Part shown: in pieces, positions 45,243 through 55,377 of the stretch
Position numbering within the stretch: position 1 is the stretch's first letter
Layout of the letters: each line of letters begins with the position of its first letter
From: Gemmatimonadota bacterium
Lineage (GTDB): Bacteria > Gemmatimonadota > Gemmatimonadetes > Palauibacterales > KS3-K002
Assembly (NCBI GenBank): GCA_039586575.1
Contig: JBDHKD010000003.1
Coordinates: forward strand, 92,451-156,450
Reading direction: 5' to 3'
DNA length: 64,000 bases
Program-made: the position numbers and the translations under genes
The notes under the pieces: model-generated
What the model saw: the letters and a program-made list of their open reading frames with translations, nothing else
What the model was told of the DNA's origin: nothing
Database searches by the model: none

Positions 45243-46216
45243 CCTCCCAAGAGTTTCGCCAGTTCGGCGGCGAAGTAGGTGATGACCAGATCGGCGCCCG
45301 CCCGACGGATGGATTGGGCCGCCTCCAACATGCAGCGGTCCTCGTCGATCCAGCCGCGCTCCGCGGCCGCCTTGATCATGCTGTACTCGCCGGAGACGTG
45401 GTAAGCGGCCAGCGGGTACCCGGTCTCCCGCTTCACCCGGTAGATCACATCCAGGTAAGGCAGCGCGGGCTTGACCATGAGGATGTCGGCGCCCTCCTCG
45501 ATATCGAGGCGCGCCTCGCGCAGGCCCTCGTCGGAGTTGGCGGGGTCCATCTGGTAGCCGCGACGGTCGCCGAACTGGGGCGCCGACTCCGCCGCCTCGC
45601 GGAACGGTCCATAAAAAGCGGACGCGAATTTCACGGCATAGGACATAATCGGCAGATTGGCGAAGCCCGCGGCATCGAGGGCCTGGCGAATCGCCGCCAC
45701 CCGCCCGTCCATCATGTCGCTGGGCGCCACCATGTCGGCGCCGGCCTCGGCGTGAGACACCGCCATGCGAGCCAAAAGCTCGAGGGTCGAGTCGTTGTCC
45801 ACCTCACCCTGCGGCGTGAGCAGGCCGCAATGCCCGTGATCGGTGTATTCGCACAGGCAAACGTCGGTGATCACGACGATGTCCTTTGCGCGTTCCTTGA
45901 TGGCACCGACCGCTCGCTGGACTTCCCCCCGCGCCGCGTAGGCCCCGCTACCCTGAGCGTCCTTGGCCGCCGGGATGCCGAACAGCAGGACCGCGCCGAC
46001 CCCGAGCGATTCGAGGCGCGCGGCCTCCTCCGCGGTGGCCTCGACCGAGGTCTGCTCGACGCCGGGCATCGCGCCGACCGGGTGACGCCCGTCCAAGTGG
46101 GTGACGAACAGCGGCGCGATGAGGTCAGCAGGTTCGAGCGCGGTTTCGCGGACCAACGCCCGCAACCTCTCGGTCCGCCGCAGTCGCCGTGCCCGGTAGA
46201 TGGGAAACTGAGCCAT
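45239..46216 (-). CDS. hemB: Porphobilinogen synthase (Zn-binding type)
   Basis: [46 protein letters not shown]. Confidence 0.97.
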
Positions 46217-47019
46217 CACTGGGATTCCTTCCGGTTCTTGTGAAGCTCAACGATCGCTTCCAGCAGCCCCTCCGTCGTGTACTCGCGGGCAACCGCGTCA
46301 ACCCGCACCCCGGCGGCGCGGGCCGCGTCCGCCGTGATCGGCCCGATCGCCACGACCCTGGCCCGGCCCAGATCCGGCCCGGCCACCTCGACGAAGGCCC
46401 GAACCGTCGATGCCGCGGTAAACGTGACCACGTCGATCAGACCGCGCTCGAGGCCCGCCCGCAACGCCGCGATCCCCTCGAGGTCGGCGTGTGACTCGTA
46501 CGCCACGACCTCGTCCACCTCCGCCCCGGCGGCGCGCAGCCGCTCCGGCAGCACCTGGCGGGCACCCGCCGCCCGCGGCAGCAGGACTCGGCATCCCGCC
46601 AGCCCCACCGACCCGGTCAAGGCATCGGCCACCGCCTCCGCCACATACTCCTGCGGCACAACCTCCGCCCGCACACCGCGACGTGTTAACGCCGCGGCCG
46701 TCGCCGGGCCGATCGCGGCGATGTGCACGCCAGCCGGCAGCTCGCGTGCCCCACTGATCTCCGCCCAGGCGTGCCAGAAGCGTGCCACCCCGTTGGCGCT
46801 GGTGAAGACGATCCACTCGTAGCTCTCGAGCCGCGCCACGGCTCGCCGGAAGGGGATCGGGTCGGCCGGATCCTCGATGCGGATGGTCGGGTGGTGCAGC
46901 GGCTCGGCGCCCAACTCGCTGAGGCCAGCCAGCAGCCCCCCAGCCTGAGCGGCCGGGCGCGTCACCGCCACGCGGAGACCGCTGAGCGGCCGACCCCCGA
47001 TTTCGCTCTGATCTCGCAC
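46216..47019 (-). CDS. hemD: Uroporphyrinogen-III synthase
   Basis: [43 protein letters not shown] start at 47019 after GAGGAG. Confidence 0.92.
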   Translation of the reverse strand: MRDQSEIGGRPLSGLRVAVTRPAAQAGGLLAGLSELGAEPLHHPTIRIEDPADPIPFRRAVARLESYEWIVFTSANGVARFWHAWAEISGARELPAGVHIAAIGPATAAALTRRGVRAEVVPQEYVAEAVADALTGSVGLAGCRVLLPRAAGARQVLPERLRAAGAEVDEVVAYESHADLEGIAALRAGLERGLIDVVTFTAASTVRAFVEVAGPDLGRARVVAIGPITADAARAAGVRVDAVAREYTTEGLLEAIVELHKNRKESQ

Positions 47020-47063
47020 TGCTCCTCGCTCGCAGGTCGAGGTGACGCACCGGCGCCGCACGG

Positions 47064-47220
47064 GCCGCCCTGCGGCCGCGCCGCCCCCGACGTTGCACTC
47101 CGCGTCGCCGGCGCTCAATATGTGCCCGGGCGCCGGGCGCAGCAACGGGCGGCGCGCGCAAGGTGAGGCCTGACGCGGAGATAGCCCACCGGGGCCGGGC
47201 TGGCGCGACCGCAGGGCGGC
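47064..47220 (-). ncRNA. Candidate structured RNA or palindromic element (157-nt rod-like hairpin)
   Basis: 20-bp closing stem (47064-47083 with 47201-47220, one non-Watson-Crick internal pair), 5-bp helix and 9-bp perfect inner helix. No recognised Rfam family. Confidence 0.4.
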
Positions 47221-47368
47221 GCCGCGCTCGGCTCGGGCGGCGGCTCGGGCGGGGGACATTGCCGGGCCACGGGCGTCGCCGCATATTATTTGTTTCTGAG
47301 AGAACCCGGCCGCGCTGTGTGATCGTAGTAGACGGGTGCCCGGGACTGCCATGAAAGGAGCCCTAGGG

Positions 47369-47770
47369 ATGGCTAGCTTCGTATCCGCAAACCTCGATCA
47401 CGAGATCGCAGGCGGTTTCGTCGTCTTCAAGCTTGACGCAAAGCTCCGCTTCGAGTCGAACGAAGTCGGCCACCGCTGGCTGTTCCAGATCGAGTTCATG
47501 GAAGCCGACCCCGTGAAGGACGACAAGCTGTCGACAATGCCCGCCGCCGAGGCCTTCGGCAAAGCCGACGCCCATCTAAAAAGGCACTACTTCGTTCCCT
47601 CCCAGGAGGAAGTCGAGCTGTCCTTCCGCGAGGAGTTCGCCGCCCACCTGGTCGATACCGAGTGGGGCAAAGAAGAGGTCTACGCCAACCTCCAGGTGCT
47701 GCCCCTCGAGGCACCGCCCGGTTTCGTCCCAGCGAAGACGCGCACCAACATCACGCAGGTCGACGTCTAG
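47369..47770 (+). CDS. Hypothetical protein, 133 aa, predicted beta-rich and cytoplasmic
   Basis: AAAGGAG RBS 8 nt before ATG 47369, protein-like composition, and flanked by a candidate promoter and a hairpin terminator. Confidence 0.7.
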   Translation: MASFVSANLDHEIAGGFVVFKLDAKLRFESNEVGHRWLFQIEFMEADPVKDDKLSTMPAAEAFGKADAHLKRHYFVPSQEEVELSFREEFAAHLVDTEWGKEEVYANLQVLPLEAPPGFVPAKTRTNITQVDV

Positions 47771-47809
47771 GGCCGTACAAACGCGCGCCAGCGCAGAAGC
47801 GATACGAAG

Positions 47810-47852
47810 ATCGGCCGCTGTTTCCCGCGCTCTGGCGGGTCCAGCGGCCGAT
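47810..47852. terminator. Hairpin between convergent genes (probable bidirectional terminator)
   Basis: 11-bp stem ATCGGCCGCTG/CAGCGGCCGAT plus an inner 5-bp CCCGC/GCGGG; AT-rich tail on the + strand. Confidence 0.55.
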
Positions 47853-47910
47853 TCGATTAATTGTGCGACAAGACCTTCGTGGTAGCCGAGACCGGAACGC
47901 CACCGACGCC

Positions 47911-48102
47911 TCAAGGCGCCTTCTGAATCCTCCCGGCCTTGATACAGCGACTGCACACGCGTACACGCTTCACTGCCCCGTCCTCCAGCACACGCACGCG
48001 CTGCAGGTTAGGCAACCAGCGCCGCTTCGTGCGGTTGTTCGCGTGGCTGACGTTGTTCCCCACCGACGGGATCTTTCCACACGAGTAGCAGACTCGTGCC
48101 AT
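47911..48102 (-). CDS. rpmB: 50S ribosomal protein bL28
   Basis: [33 protein letters not shown]. Confidence 0.97.
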   Translation of the reverse strand: MARVCYSCGKIPSVGNNVSHANNRTKRRWLPNLQRVRVLEDGAVKRVRVCSRCIKAGRIQKAP

Positions 48103-48147
48103 TACCTTCTCCTCAACAGCCGGATGCGATGGGTGGTCCAGCCCCGC

Positions 48148-48681
48148 TCAGGTGCCGTCCCCATCGGTTGAAGCTTCCTGCTGGGCGATGTAGTAATCGA
48201 GCGAGTCGACCAGGAAGAAGGTCGTCTTCCCGACCAGCCTCTCGCGGTTCGCAGCGTCAAAGAAGCCGCGCTGCATATATACGTCCAGCAACGAATCGGT
48301 CAGCGCATAGACCGAGCCGGCGACCAGCACGTCGTCCCCGACACCGACCGGGATCGCCGACTCGAGAACCGGGCGGTCCAGAATCAACGGATAGCCCGCC
48401 ATACCCGGCAGATCGGTGGCCAATACCGCCCGACCGAGGCTATCGCTGACCGTGACCGGCCCGAGCAGCACACGCCGACCCGAGTACAACTCGGGATTGA
48501 TCACGAAGGTCGTATCAGCGATCCTGGGCAGCTGGGCGCCCAGCGAATCGGCTGCCGACAACCCGGGGCCGATGCTCGAAGTCGCCGAATAGAGCCAATA
48601 CATGAATGCGACAACCACGATCACGGCTGCCGCCAACCACGGCCCGGTGCTGGTCTTCCACTTCCCGAGCACGTTCGCCAT
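48148..48681 (-). CDS. Hypothetical membrane-anchored exported protein
   Basis: N-terminal TM (WLAAAVIVVVAFMYWLY) and a beta-rich soluble domain; GAGGAG RBS. Confidence 0.7.
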   Translation of the reverse strand: MANVLGKWKTSTGPWLAAAVIVVVAFMYWLYSATSSIGPGLSAADSLGAQLPRIADTTFVINPELYSGRRVLLGPVTVSDSLGRAVLATDLPGMAGYPLILDRPVLESAIPVGVGDDVLVAGSVYALTDSLLDVYMQRGFFDAANRERLVGKTTFFLVDSLDYYIAQQEASTDGDGT

Positions 48682-48708
48682 TTGAGTCTCCTCGCAGGAA
48701 GCTAGTAA

Positions 48709-49062
48709 CTAGTCCACGAGCTGCACGAGGGCGACCTGAGAACCATCGCCCTTGCGTCGACCCAACTTCAAGATGCGCATGTAGCCCCCGTCCCGGTCGG
48801 CGTACCGTGGGCCGAGGGTATCGAACAGCTTCTTCAGAGCTTGCTTGTCATGAATCGAGCGTGCCGCCTGGCGACGCGCGTGCAGATCGCCACGCCGCGC
48901 CAGGCTGATCAGCCGTTCCGCGTACGGACGCAGCTCTTTCGCCTTGGCCGTCGTCGTCTTGATGCGCTCGTGCTGGAACAGGCTGGTCGCCATGTTCGAG
49001 AGCATCGCCCTCTTGTGACTCGCCGTCCGGCTTAGCTGTCGCCCTTTCCTTCTGTGCCTCAC
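48709..49062 (-). CDS. rplQ: 50S ribosomal protein bL17
   Basis: MRHRRKGRQLSRTASH..TTTAKAKELR..GGYMRILK. Confidence 0.98.
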   Translation of the reverse strand: MRHRRKGRQLSRTASHKRAMLSNMATSLFQHERIKTTTAKAKELRPYAERLISLARRGDLHARRQAARSIHDKQALKKLFDTLGPRYADRDGGYMRILKLGRRKGDGSQVALVQLVD

Positions 49063-49089
49063 GACCTGGTTCCCCGTCGTTGACTATCG

Positions 49090-50130
49090 CTACTCTGGCT
49101 CGGCGCTCTCGCTCGTGACATAGAGCTCGCCGTCTTCGCCTTCTTGGAACTTCATCCCGAAGTGTAGACCGTGGGCGCGGAGGAGATCCTCGACCTCCTG
49201 CAACGACTTGCGGCCGAAGTTCTCGATCTGCAGGATCTCGTCCTCGGTCCGCTTGGCGATGTCACCCAGCGTATGAATGTTCCCCTTCTCGAGCGTGTGG
49301 CGCGAGCGGACCGAGATGTCGAACTCTTCCAACGGCCGGTTCACCAGGTCTTTGACCTTTTCACTCACCGCCACCATCGCCAGCTCGGGCGCCGCAGCCT
49401 CCCCGTTCCCCGCCCCGAAGCGGCGCAGGTAATCGAGGTGTCTGCTCATCAGCTCTGCCGCGTAGGCCACCGCCTCGTCGGGCCGCATGGAACCGTCGGT
49501 CTCGACGGTCAGCGTCAGCCGGTCGAAGTCGGTCCGCTGTCCGACCCGCGTCTCTTCGACGTTGAAGTTGGCTCGCAAGACGGGGCTGTAGATCGAGTCG
49601 ATCATGATGAGGTCGACGGGATCGTCCTTGCGCTTCTGGTGCTGGTCGGCCAGCACGAAGCCGCGACCACGGTTGATCCACAGCTCCAGCCGCAGCGGCT
49701 TGTCCTCCGGCTGCTCCTCCTCGAGCGTGAACAACTGATGGTCGCGGTTGATGATGTCGACCTTGGGGTTCGGCGTGATGTGACGCGCCGTGATCACGCC
49801 CGGCTCTCTGACCACCAGCTCCAGCTTTGCCTCGTCTTCACCGCCCACCACACGGAGGACCAGACCTTTGAACCGCTGAATGATCTCGTGGACATCCTCG
49901 ATCACCCCGCTGATCGTCTGGTGCTCGTGCAGCACGCCGCTGGCCCGGAAGGCCCAGATGGCCCAGCCGGGAAGTGACGACAACATGATCCGGCGAGTCG
50001 CGTTGCCGAGCGTCTGGCCGTAGCCGCGTTCCAGCGGCTGAATCAGGAACTCGGCCCAACGTCCGTCCTCGGACGACTCTATGATCTCGACCCGTTCGGG
50101 TAGAACCCAACCGCGTAGGTCTATTAGCAC
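49090..50130 (-). CDS. rpoA: RNA polymerase alpha subunit
   Basis: PLERGYGQTLGN, IDSIYSPV, RVGQRTDFDRL, alpha-CTD NFGRKSLQEV. Confidence 0.97.
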   Translation of the reverse strand: MLIDLRGWVLPERVEIIESSEDGRWAEFLIQPLERGYGQTLGNATRRIMLSSLPGWAIWAFRASGVLHEHQTISGVIEDVHEIIQRFKGLVLRVVGGEDEAKLELVVREPGVITARHITPNPKVDIINRDHQLFTLEEEQPEDKPLRLELWINRGRGFVLADQHQKRKDDPVDLIMIDSIYSPVLRANFNVEETRVGQRTDFDRLTLTVETDGSMRPDEAVAYAAELMSRHLDYLRRFGAGNGEAAAPELAMVAVSEKVKDLVNRPLEEFDISVRSRHTLEKGNIHTLGDIAKRTEDEILQIENFGRKSLQEVEDLLRAHGLHFGMKFQEGEDGELYVTSESAEPE

Positions 50131-50173
50131 TGTATCGGCCTCCCTGCGATCGCAGGCATCGCTGCTCAGATCT

Positions 50174-50809
50174 CTATTTCGAGTAAAGCTCGACGATCAA
50201 CTGTTCCTGGACCGCCAGCGGGATGTCCGCCCGGCTCGGCCTCTCCACCATCTTCCCGGTGAGCGCCTTGTAGTCGGCCGACAGCCAGCCCAGCAGCCCG
50301 TTGCCGCCCCGCGATTCCACGGACTCCATGATGACCGGCATGTCACGGCTCTGCGCTGCCACGGAGATCTCGCGCCCCGGAGTCACCTCGTAGCTGGGGA
50401 CCGTCACCGGCTTGCCGTCCACTTCGATGTGGCGATGTCGCACGAGCTGTCGCGCCGCCTTGCGCGAGGGCGCGAAGCCGAGTCGGTATACGACATTGTC
50501 GAGTCGCGTCTCGAGAGCGACGATCAAGTTCTCACCCGTGATCCCCTGCATTCCGGACGCCTGCTTGAACAGCTTGCGGAACTGCGCTTCCTGCAGTCCG
50601 TAGATGCGGCGGACCTTCTGCTTCTCACGCAGCTGGACCGCGTAGTCCGACATGCGGCGGCGCCGCATCCGTGCCAGACCGTGCTGGCCCGGTGGGTAGT
50701 TGCGTCGCTCGATCGCGCACTTCTCCGTCTGACATCTCTTCCCCTTGAGGAAGAGTTTCTGCCCTTCGCGCCGGCAGAGCCTGCAAACTGGTCCTGTATG
50801 CCTTGCCAT
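50174..50809 (-). CDS. rpsD: 30S ribosomal protein uS4 (Cys-containing type)
   Basis: GPVCRLCRREG..C..KC, LETRLDNVVYRLG, LIVELYSK. Confidence 0.98.
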   Translation of the reverse strand: MARHTGPVCRLCRREGQKLFLKGKRCQTEKCAIERRNYPPGQHGLARMRRRRMSDYAVQLREKQKVRRIYGLQEAQFRKLFKQASGMQGITGENLIVALETRLDNVVYRLGFAPSRKAARQLVRHRHIEVDGKPVTVPSYEVTPGREISVAAQSRDMPVIMESVESRGGNGLLGWLSADYKALTGKMVERPSRADIPLAVQEQLIVELYSK

Positions 50810-50846
50810 GTACCCTAGAGTTGCTGCTGTTCTGTGTTGGTCGCCG

Positions 50847-51239
50847 CTAGACGCGCCGCTTCTTGGGCGGCCGGCAGCCGTTGTGCGGGATCGGCGTCAC
50901 GTCCCGGATGGAACGGATCTGCAAACCCGACGACTGCAAGGCCTGGATCGCCGACTCCCTTCCCGAGCCCGGCCCCTGAACCCGCACATGCACGCGCTTC
51001 AGTCCCAGACTGAGCGCCTCCTTGGCTGCATGCTCTGCCGCCACTGTGGCGGCGAACGGGGTGGACTTCTTCGACCCCTTGAAGCCCGACTTCCCGGGGC
51101 TTCCCCACACCACCGTGTTGCCTTCCATGTCGGTGATCGTCACGATCGTGTTGTTGAAGGTCGCCTTGATATAGACGATACCCTCGACACCCACCTCTTT
51201 CTTCTTCTTCGGTCCCGCCGCCTTCTTCTTCGGAGGCAT
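50847..51239 (-). CDS. rpsK: 30S ribosomal protein uS11
   Basis: [39 protein letters not shown]. Confidence 0.98.
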   Translation of the reverse strand: MPPKKKAAGPKKKKEVGVEGIVYIKATFNNTIVTITDMEGNTVVWGSPGKSGFKGSKKSTPFAATVAAEHAAKEALSLGLKRVHVRVQGPGSGRESAIQALQSSGLQIRSIRDVTPIPHNGCRPPKKRRV

Positions 51240-51281
51240 CGGCTTCCCCGCTCGCTGGTTTACTCGTTGACCAGGCGGCCG

Positions 51282-51662
51282 CTACTTGCGCGGCGCCTTC
51301 TTCTTGCCCGCCACGGCGCGACGCGGACCTTTCCGCGTCCGGGCGTTGGTATGCGTGCGCTGGCCACGCACCGGCAGGCCTCTGCGGTGACGAACGCCCC
51401 GGTACGAACCGATGTCCATCAACCGCTTGATGTTCATCGAGACTTCGGTCCGCAGAGCACCCTCGACCTTGAACTTGTTCTCGATCACCCGGCGGACCTT
51501 GTTGAGGTCTTCGTCCGAAAGCTCGTGCACGCGGACGTCCGGGCTCACACCGGTCTCGGCCAAGATCTTTCTCGAACTCGAGGGCCCTATCCCAAAGATG
51601 TAGGTCAGGGCCACCTCGACCCGCTTGTTGTTCGGTAAATCGACACCTGCGATTCGTACCAT
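51282..51662 (-). CDS. rpsM: 30S ribosomal protein uS13
   Basis: [38 protein letters not shown] 51662. Confidence 0.98.
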   Translation of the reverse strand: MVRIAGVDLPNNKRVEVALTYIFGIGPSSSRKILAETGVSPDVRVHELSDEDLNKVRRVIENKFKVEGALRTEVSMNIKRLMDIGSYRGVRHRRGLPVRGQRTHTNARTRKGPRRAVAGKKKAPRK

Positions 51663-51667
51663 CGGCC

Positions 51668-51784
51668 CTAGCCCTGTCGCTGCTTGTGCTTGGGAGAGCG
51701 TTTGCAGATGACCCGGACGACGCCGCGCCGCCGGATGATCTGGCAATGCTCGCAGATACGCTTAACGCTCGATCTTACTTTCAC
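51668..51784 (-). CDS. rpmJ: 50S ribosomal protein bL36 (absent from the ORF track, 38 aa)
   Basis: Hand translation from GTG 51784: [38 protein letters not shown]. Confidence 0.97.
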   Translation of the reverse strand: MKVRSSVKRICEHCQIIRRRGVVRVICKRSPKHKQRQG

Positions 51785-51820
51785 TTCCGCACCTTCAACT
51801 CTTTTTCGGGGCAACCCACA

Positions 51821-51848
51821 AAGATATGTCTTCCGCCCCGAAGATCAA
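51821..51848 (-). promoter_or_regulatory. Candidate internal promoter for rpmJ and the alpha operon
   Basis: TTGATC-16 nt-TATCTT in the infA-rpmJ gap. Confidence 0.45.
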
Positions 51849-51920
51849 TGGCGACGCCCGATTTCGGCCGCTGCCCCCCCGGGCGGGCCGGCGCCCGCCA
51901 AACACCTGTTCCTCCCACCC

Positions 51921-52139
51921 TCACTTGTACCGATAGGTGATCCGACCACGCGTCAGATCGTACGGCGACAGCTCCACCTGGACCTTGTCTCCCGGCAGGA
52001 TCCTGATGTAATGCATTCGGATCTTGCCCGAGATGTGCGCCGTGATCTCGTGGCCGTTCTCCAGCTCTACCCGAAACATCGCGTTGGGCAGCGCCTCGAC
52101 CACCGTCCCGGTCATCTGGATCGAATCTTCCTTCGCCAA
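51921..52139 (-). CDS. infA: Translation initiation factor IF-1
   Basis: [28 protein letters not shown]; TTG start. Confidence 0.98.
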   Translation of the reverse strand: MAKEDSIQMTGTVVEALPNAMFRVELENGHEITAHISGKIRMHYIRILPGDKVQVELSPYDLTRGRITYRYK

Positions 52140-52151
52140 CCTGCCCCTTTC

Positions 52152-52919
52152 TCAGCCCGTCTTGGACGGGACGACCGTGAGGACCCGGGGCCCGTCCTCG
52201 GTGATTGCGACCGTGTGCTCGAAGTGAGCCGAAACCCTGCCGTCGGCGGTGACTACCGTCCACTCATCGGCCAGGGTGCGGATCTCGCGGCCCCCCAGGT
52301 TGAACATCGGCTCGATCGCCAGGACGAGTCCCGGCTGCATCCTCAGGCCCTCGCCGGGCCGTCCGTAATTCGGAACCTGGGGGTCCTCGTGCGGCCGGCT
52401 GCCGATACCATGGCCCGTCAGTTCTCGCGGCACGCCGTAGCCCGCCTGGAGGCCGACTCGCTCGATTGCCGCGCTAACGTCTCCGATCCGCGCTCCCGGC
52501 CGTGCCGCCTCGACGCCACGCTTGAGCGCTCGGCTCGTCACGTCGAGCAGCGCCTGCGTCTCCTCGGCGATCTCTCCCACAGCGAGGGTCACCGCGCCGT
52601 CGCCGTAATAGCCTTCGTAGCAGACGCCGACATCGATACTGACGACATCTCCGGCCTGCAACTTCCGCGACGGCGAGGGAATGCCGTGCACGACCTCATG
52701 GTTGATGCTCGTGCAGAGCGTCGCCGGGAATCCATACAGACCCTTGAAGGCCGGTGTCGCGCCTTCATAACTCCGGATCCGATCCTCGGCCCAGTCGTCC
52801 AGCTCCGCCGTCGCTACGCCCGGCCGCACGCGCTCGGCGATTCGATCGAGCACATCGGCGACGATCTCGCACGCCCGGCTGATAAGCTCGATCTCCTCTT
52901 CCGTCTTCAGAGTGATCAC
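52152..52919 (-). CDS. map: Methionine aminopeptidase type I
   Basis: CTSINHEVVHGIP, DVG..GD, GHGIG..HEDP, IEPM, AHFEHT. Confidence 0.97.
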   Translation of the reverse strand: MITLKTEEEIELISRACEIVADVLDRIAERVRPGVATAELDDWAEDRIRSYEGATPAFKGLYGFPATLCTSINHEVVHGIPSPSRKLQAGDVVSIDVGVCYEGYYGDGAVTLAVGEIAEETQALLDVTSRALKRGVEAARPGARIGDVSAAIERVGLQAGYGVPRELTGHGIGSRPHEDPQVPNYGRPGEGLRMQPGLVLAIEPMFNLGGREIRTLADEWTVVTADGRVSAHFEHTVAITEDGPRVLTVVPSKTG

Positions 52920-53578
52920 GAGCAGCCTACCAGGCCGAGCAGTTCCTCGTAGACATCATCGACCGAGCCGACGGCGGACAGCTCGCGCAGCACGGACCTC
53001 CGCTCGTACCAGGCGAGCAGCGGTTTGGTGTGCTCGCGATACACACTCAGCCGAACCCTCACCGTCTCTTCACGGTCGTCGTCACGCGTTTCCAGCCTGC
53101 CCCCACAGTTCTCGCAGACCGCAGCGTCAGCCGCCGGATGCGTGTGGACGTTGAAGACCGCGCCGCAACCCGAACAGACTCGCCGTCCGGCGAGGCGACG
53201 CACCAGCTCCTCCTCGGGCACGTCGAAGTAGACGACCGCATCCAACTGGACGTCCCGCTCTCGGAGCAGAGCTTCGAGCCCCTCGGCCTGCGCCACGGTG
53301 CGCGGGAATCCGTCGAGTATGAAACCGCTCGCGGTCTCGGGCGCCTCGAGCGCCTCGCGCACCAGCCCCAGCACTACGGTGTCCGGCACCAGTTCGCCGG
53401 CGTCCATGAAGCGCTTGGCGTCTCGGCCGAGCGCCGTCCCGCGACGCACGGCGTCGCGGAGGATATCGCCTGTCGCGTACTTGGGCAGCCCACACTGGGT
53501 GGCCAGTCGCTCGCCTTGTGTGCCCTTCCCCGCTCCCGGCGGCCCCAGCAGCACGAGGTTCATCTCTCGATCACTCAC
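52916..53578 (-). CDS. adk: Adenylate kinase (Zn-lid type)
   Basis: GPPGAGKGTQ, LDGFPRT, lid CSGC..CENC, RDDD. Confidence 0.97.
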   Translation of the reverse strand: MSDREMNLVLLGPPGAGKGTQGERLATQCGLPKYATGDILRDAVRRGTALGRDAKRFMDAGELVPDTVVLGLVREALEAPETASGFILDGFPRTVAQAEGLEALLRERDVQLDAVVYFDVPEEELVRRLAGRRVCSGCGAVFNVHTHPAADAAVCENCGGRLETRDDDREETVRVRLSVYREHTKPLLAWYERRSVLRELSAVGSVDDVYEELLGLVGCS

Positions 53579-53603
53579 GGCGCTGGCTTCGCTGGCCTTC
53601 TTC

Positions 53604-54929
53604 CTACATGTAGCGCTGCCGGCCCCGGTACTTCACCCGGCCCTTCTTCATGAAGCCCTCGTAGTGGCGCAGTAGCAGGTGCTGCTGCATCTGCTGGACG
53701 GTGTCCAGAGCCACGCCGACCACGATGAGCAGAGCCGTGCCGCCGAAGAAGAAGAGCTGTATGTCGAACCAGGCAAAGATCAGGAACGGCACCAGCGCGA
53801 TCGCCGCCAGGAACAGGGAACCCGGCAGGGTAATACGGGAGAGCACGTAGTCGATGTACTCTGCCGTTCTCGCTCCCGGCTTCACACCCGGTATGAACGC
53901 GCCTTGCTTGTTCAGGTTCTCGGCGAGATCGACCGGGTTGAAGATGATCGCGGTGTAGAAGTAGGTGAAGAAGACGATCAGCAACGCGTACGAGATATAG
54001 TACAGCGTATTGCCCGGCTGGAAGAGATCGGAAATCGCAGCCAGGAAGGGCACGTTCGAGAACGAGGAGATCGTGCCCGGCACGACGATGATCGACTGGG
54101 CAAAGATGATCGGCATCACGCCGGCCGAATTGACGCGCAGCGGGATGAACGATTTCTGGCCCTCGCGGACGCGTCCGCGCCCGACCACCTTCTTGGGTAT
54201 CTGGACCGGTATCTTGCGGGCCGCCATCGTCACCGCGACGGTACCCGCGATGACGCCCAGCATCACCGCCAGCAGGGCGACGAGCTTGAAGGCGCTGATC
54301 GTACCGACCGACAGTGCCTCGAACGTCCGGGCGACGGCGTTGGGGAACCCTTCGATAATCCCAAAGAAGATCAGCAGTGACATGCCGTTGCCGATCCCGC
54401 GCTCGGTGATCTGCTCGCCCAGCCACATGATGAACACGCCGCCGGCGACCAAGGTCAGCACCGTGGTGAAGCGAAAGCCCCAACCGGCGACCGGCACGAT
54501 CGGTGTCTGGGCCCCCGGCTGACTTTCCAAGAAGATCGCGTAGGCATACCCCTGGAGCAGGCAGAGCAAGACGGTCGTGTAACGCGTCCACTGGTTGAGC
54601 CGCTTGCGGCCTTCTTCACCTTCCTTCTGGAGCTTCTCGATTGTCGGGAAGACGGCGCCGAGGAGCTGGAACATGATGCTGGCGGAGATGTAAGGCATGA
54701 TCCCCAGCGCGAAGATCGTCGCGCGCTGGAGACCTCCGCCGACGAACATGTCGTACAGGCCGAACAGCGTACCCTGGAGCGACGCAGCGAGATCCCTGAG
54801 CGCTATAACATCGACGCCCGGCACCGTGATGTGGGCGCCGAACCGATAGAGCGCCAGGCAGCCCAGAGTGAAGAGGAGCTTCTGCTTGAGCTCCGGGGCG
54901 CGGAGAAGGTTCTGGATGGGGTTAGCCAT
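53604..54929 (-). CDS. secY: Preprotein translocase SecY
   Basis: IFALGIMPYISASI, GIGNGMSL, GVMPIIFA, GGTALLIVV; 10 TM segments. Confidence 0.98.
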   Translation of the reverse strand: MANPIQNLLRAPELKQKLLFTLGCLALYRFGAHITVPGVDVIALRDLAASLQGTLFGLYDMFVGGGLQRATIFALGIMPYISASIMFQLLGAVFPTIEKLQKEGEEGRKRLNQWTRYTTVLLCLLQGYAYAIFLESQPGAQTPIVPVAGWGFRFTTVLTLVAGGVFIMWLGEQITERGIGNGMSLLIFFGIIEGFPNAVARTFEALSVGTISAFKLVALLAVMLGVIAGTVAVTMAARKIPVQIPKKVVGRGRVREGQKSFIPLRVNSAGVMPIIFAQSIIVVPGTISSFSNVPFLAAISDLFQPGNTLYYISYALLIVFFTYFYTAIIFNPVDLAENLNKQGAFIPGVKPGARTAEYIDYVLSRITLPGSLFLAAIALVPFLIFAWFDIQLFFFGGTALLIVVGVALDTVQQMQQHLLLRHYEGFMKKGRVKYRGRQRYM

Positions 54930-55372
54930 TATTCGGCCTCTTTGACCTCACCACCGGCCTTCTCGATCTTCTCCCGCGCGGTCTGGCTGAAAGCGTGAGC
55001 CGTCACCTTGATCGCGCGCTCGATCTCACCCTGGCCGAGGATCTTCACCGGCCGCCGCAGCGAACCGATGAGCCCCGCGGCCTTCAGGGTTTCGGGCGTG
55101 GCTTCATCACCGGGCAGGCCCTCCAGGCGGCCGACGTTGACGATCTGATATTCGACCCGCTTGTGGGGCTGGAACCCGCGCTTCGGCAGCCTCCGGTGCA
55201 AGGGCATCTGACCGCCCTCGAACCATGGCTTGGTCCAGCCGCCCGAACGCGCCTTGTGGCCTTTATGGCCACGCCCCGCCGTCTTACCGACGCCCGAACC
55301 GGGTCCACGGCCGACGCGCTTCGACTTCCGCTTGACGCCCTCGGGCACCTTGATCGATTCCAGACGAGCCAT
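54929..55372 (-). CDS. rplO: 50S ribosomal protein uL15
   Basis: [35 protein letters not shown]. Confidence 0.98.
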   Translation of the reverse strand: MARLESIKVPEGVKRKSKRVGRGPGSGVGKTAGRGHKGHKARSGGWTKPWFEGGQMPLHRRLPKRGFQPHKRVEYQIVNVGRLEGLPGDEATPETLKAAGLIGSLRRPVKILGQGEIERAIKVTAHAFSQTAREKIEKAGGEVKEAE

Positions 55373-55377
55373 CTATC

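Noticed and set aside
46216-47352. Track ORFs with long N-terminal extensions (hemD 378 aa; likewise radC, rel, ssb, tolQ, epimerase, tsaB, GT2, rpsM, rplW)
   Set aside because: The extensions are low-complexity read-through from upstream alternative codons. RBS, overlaps and homologous N-termini place the starts downstream.
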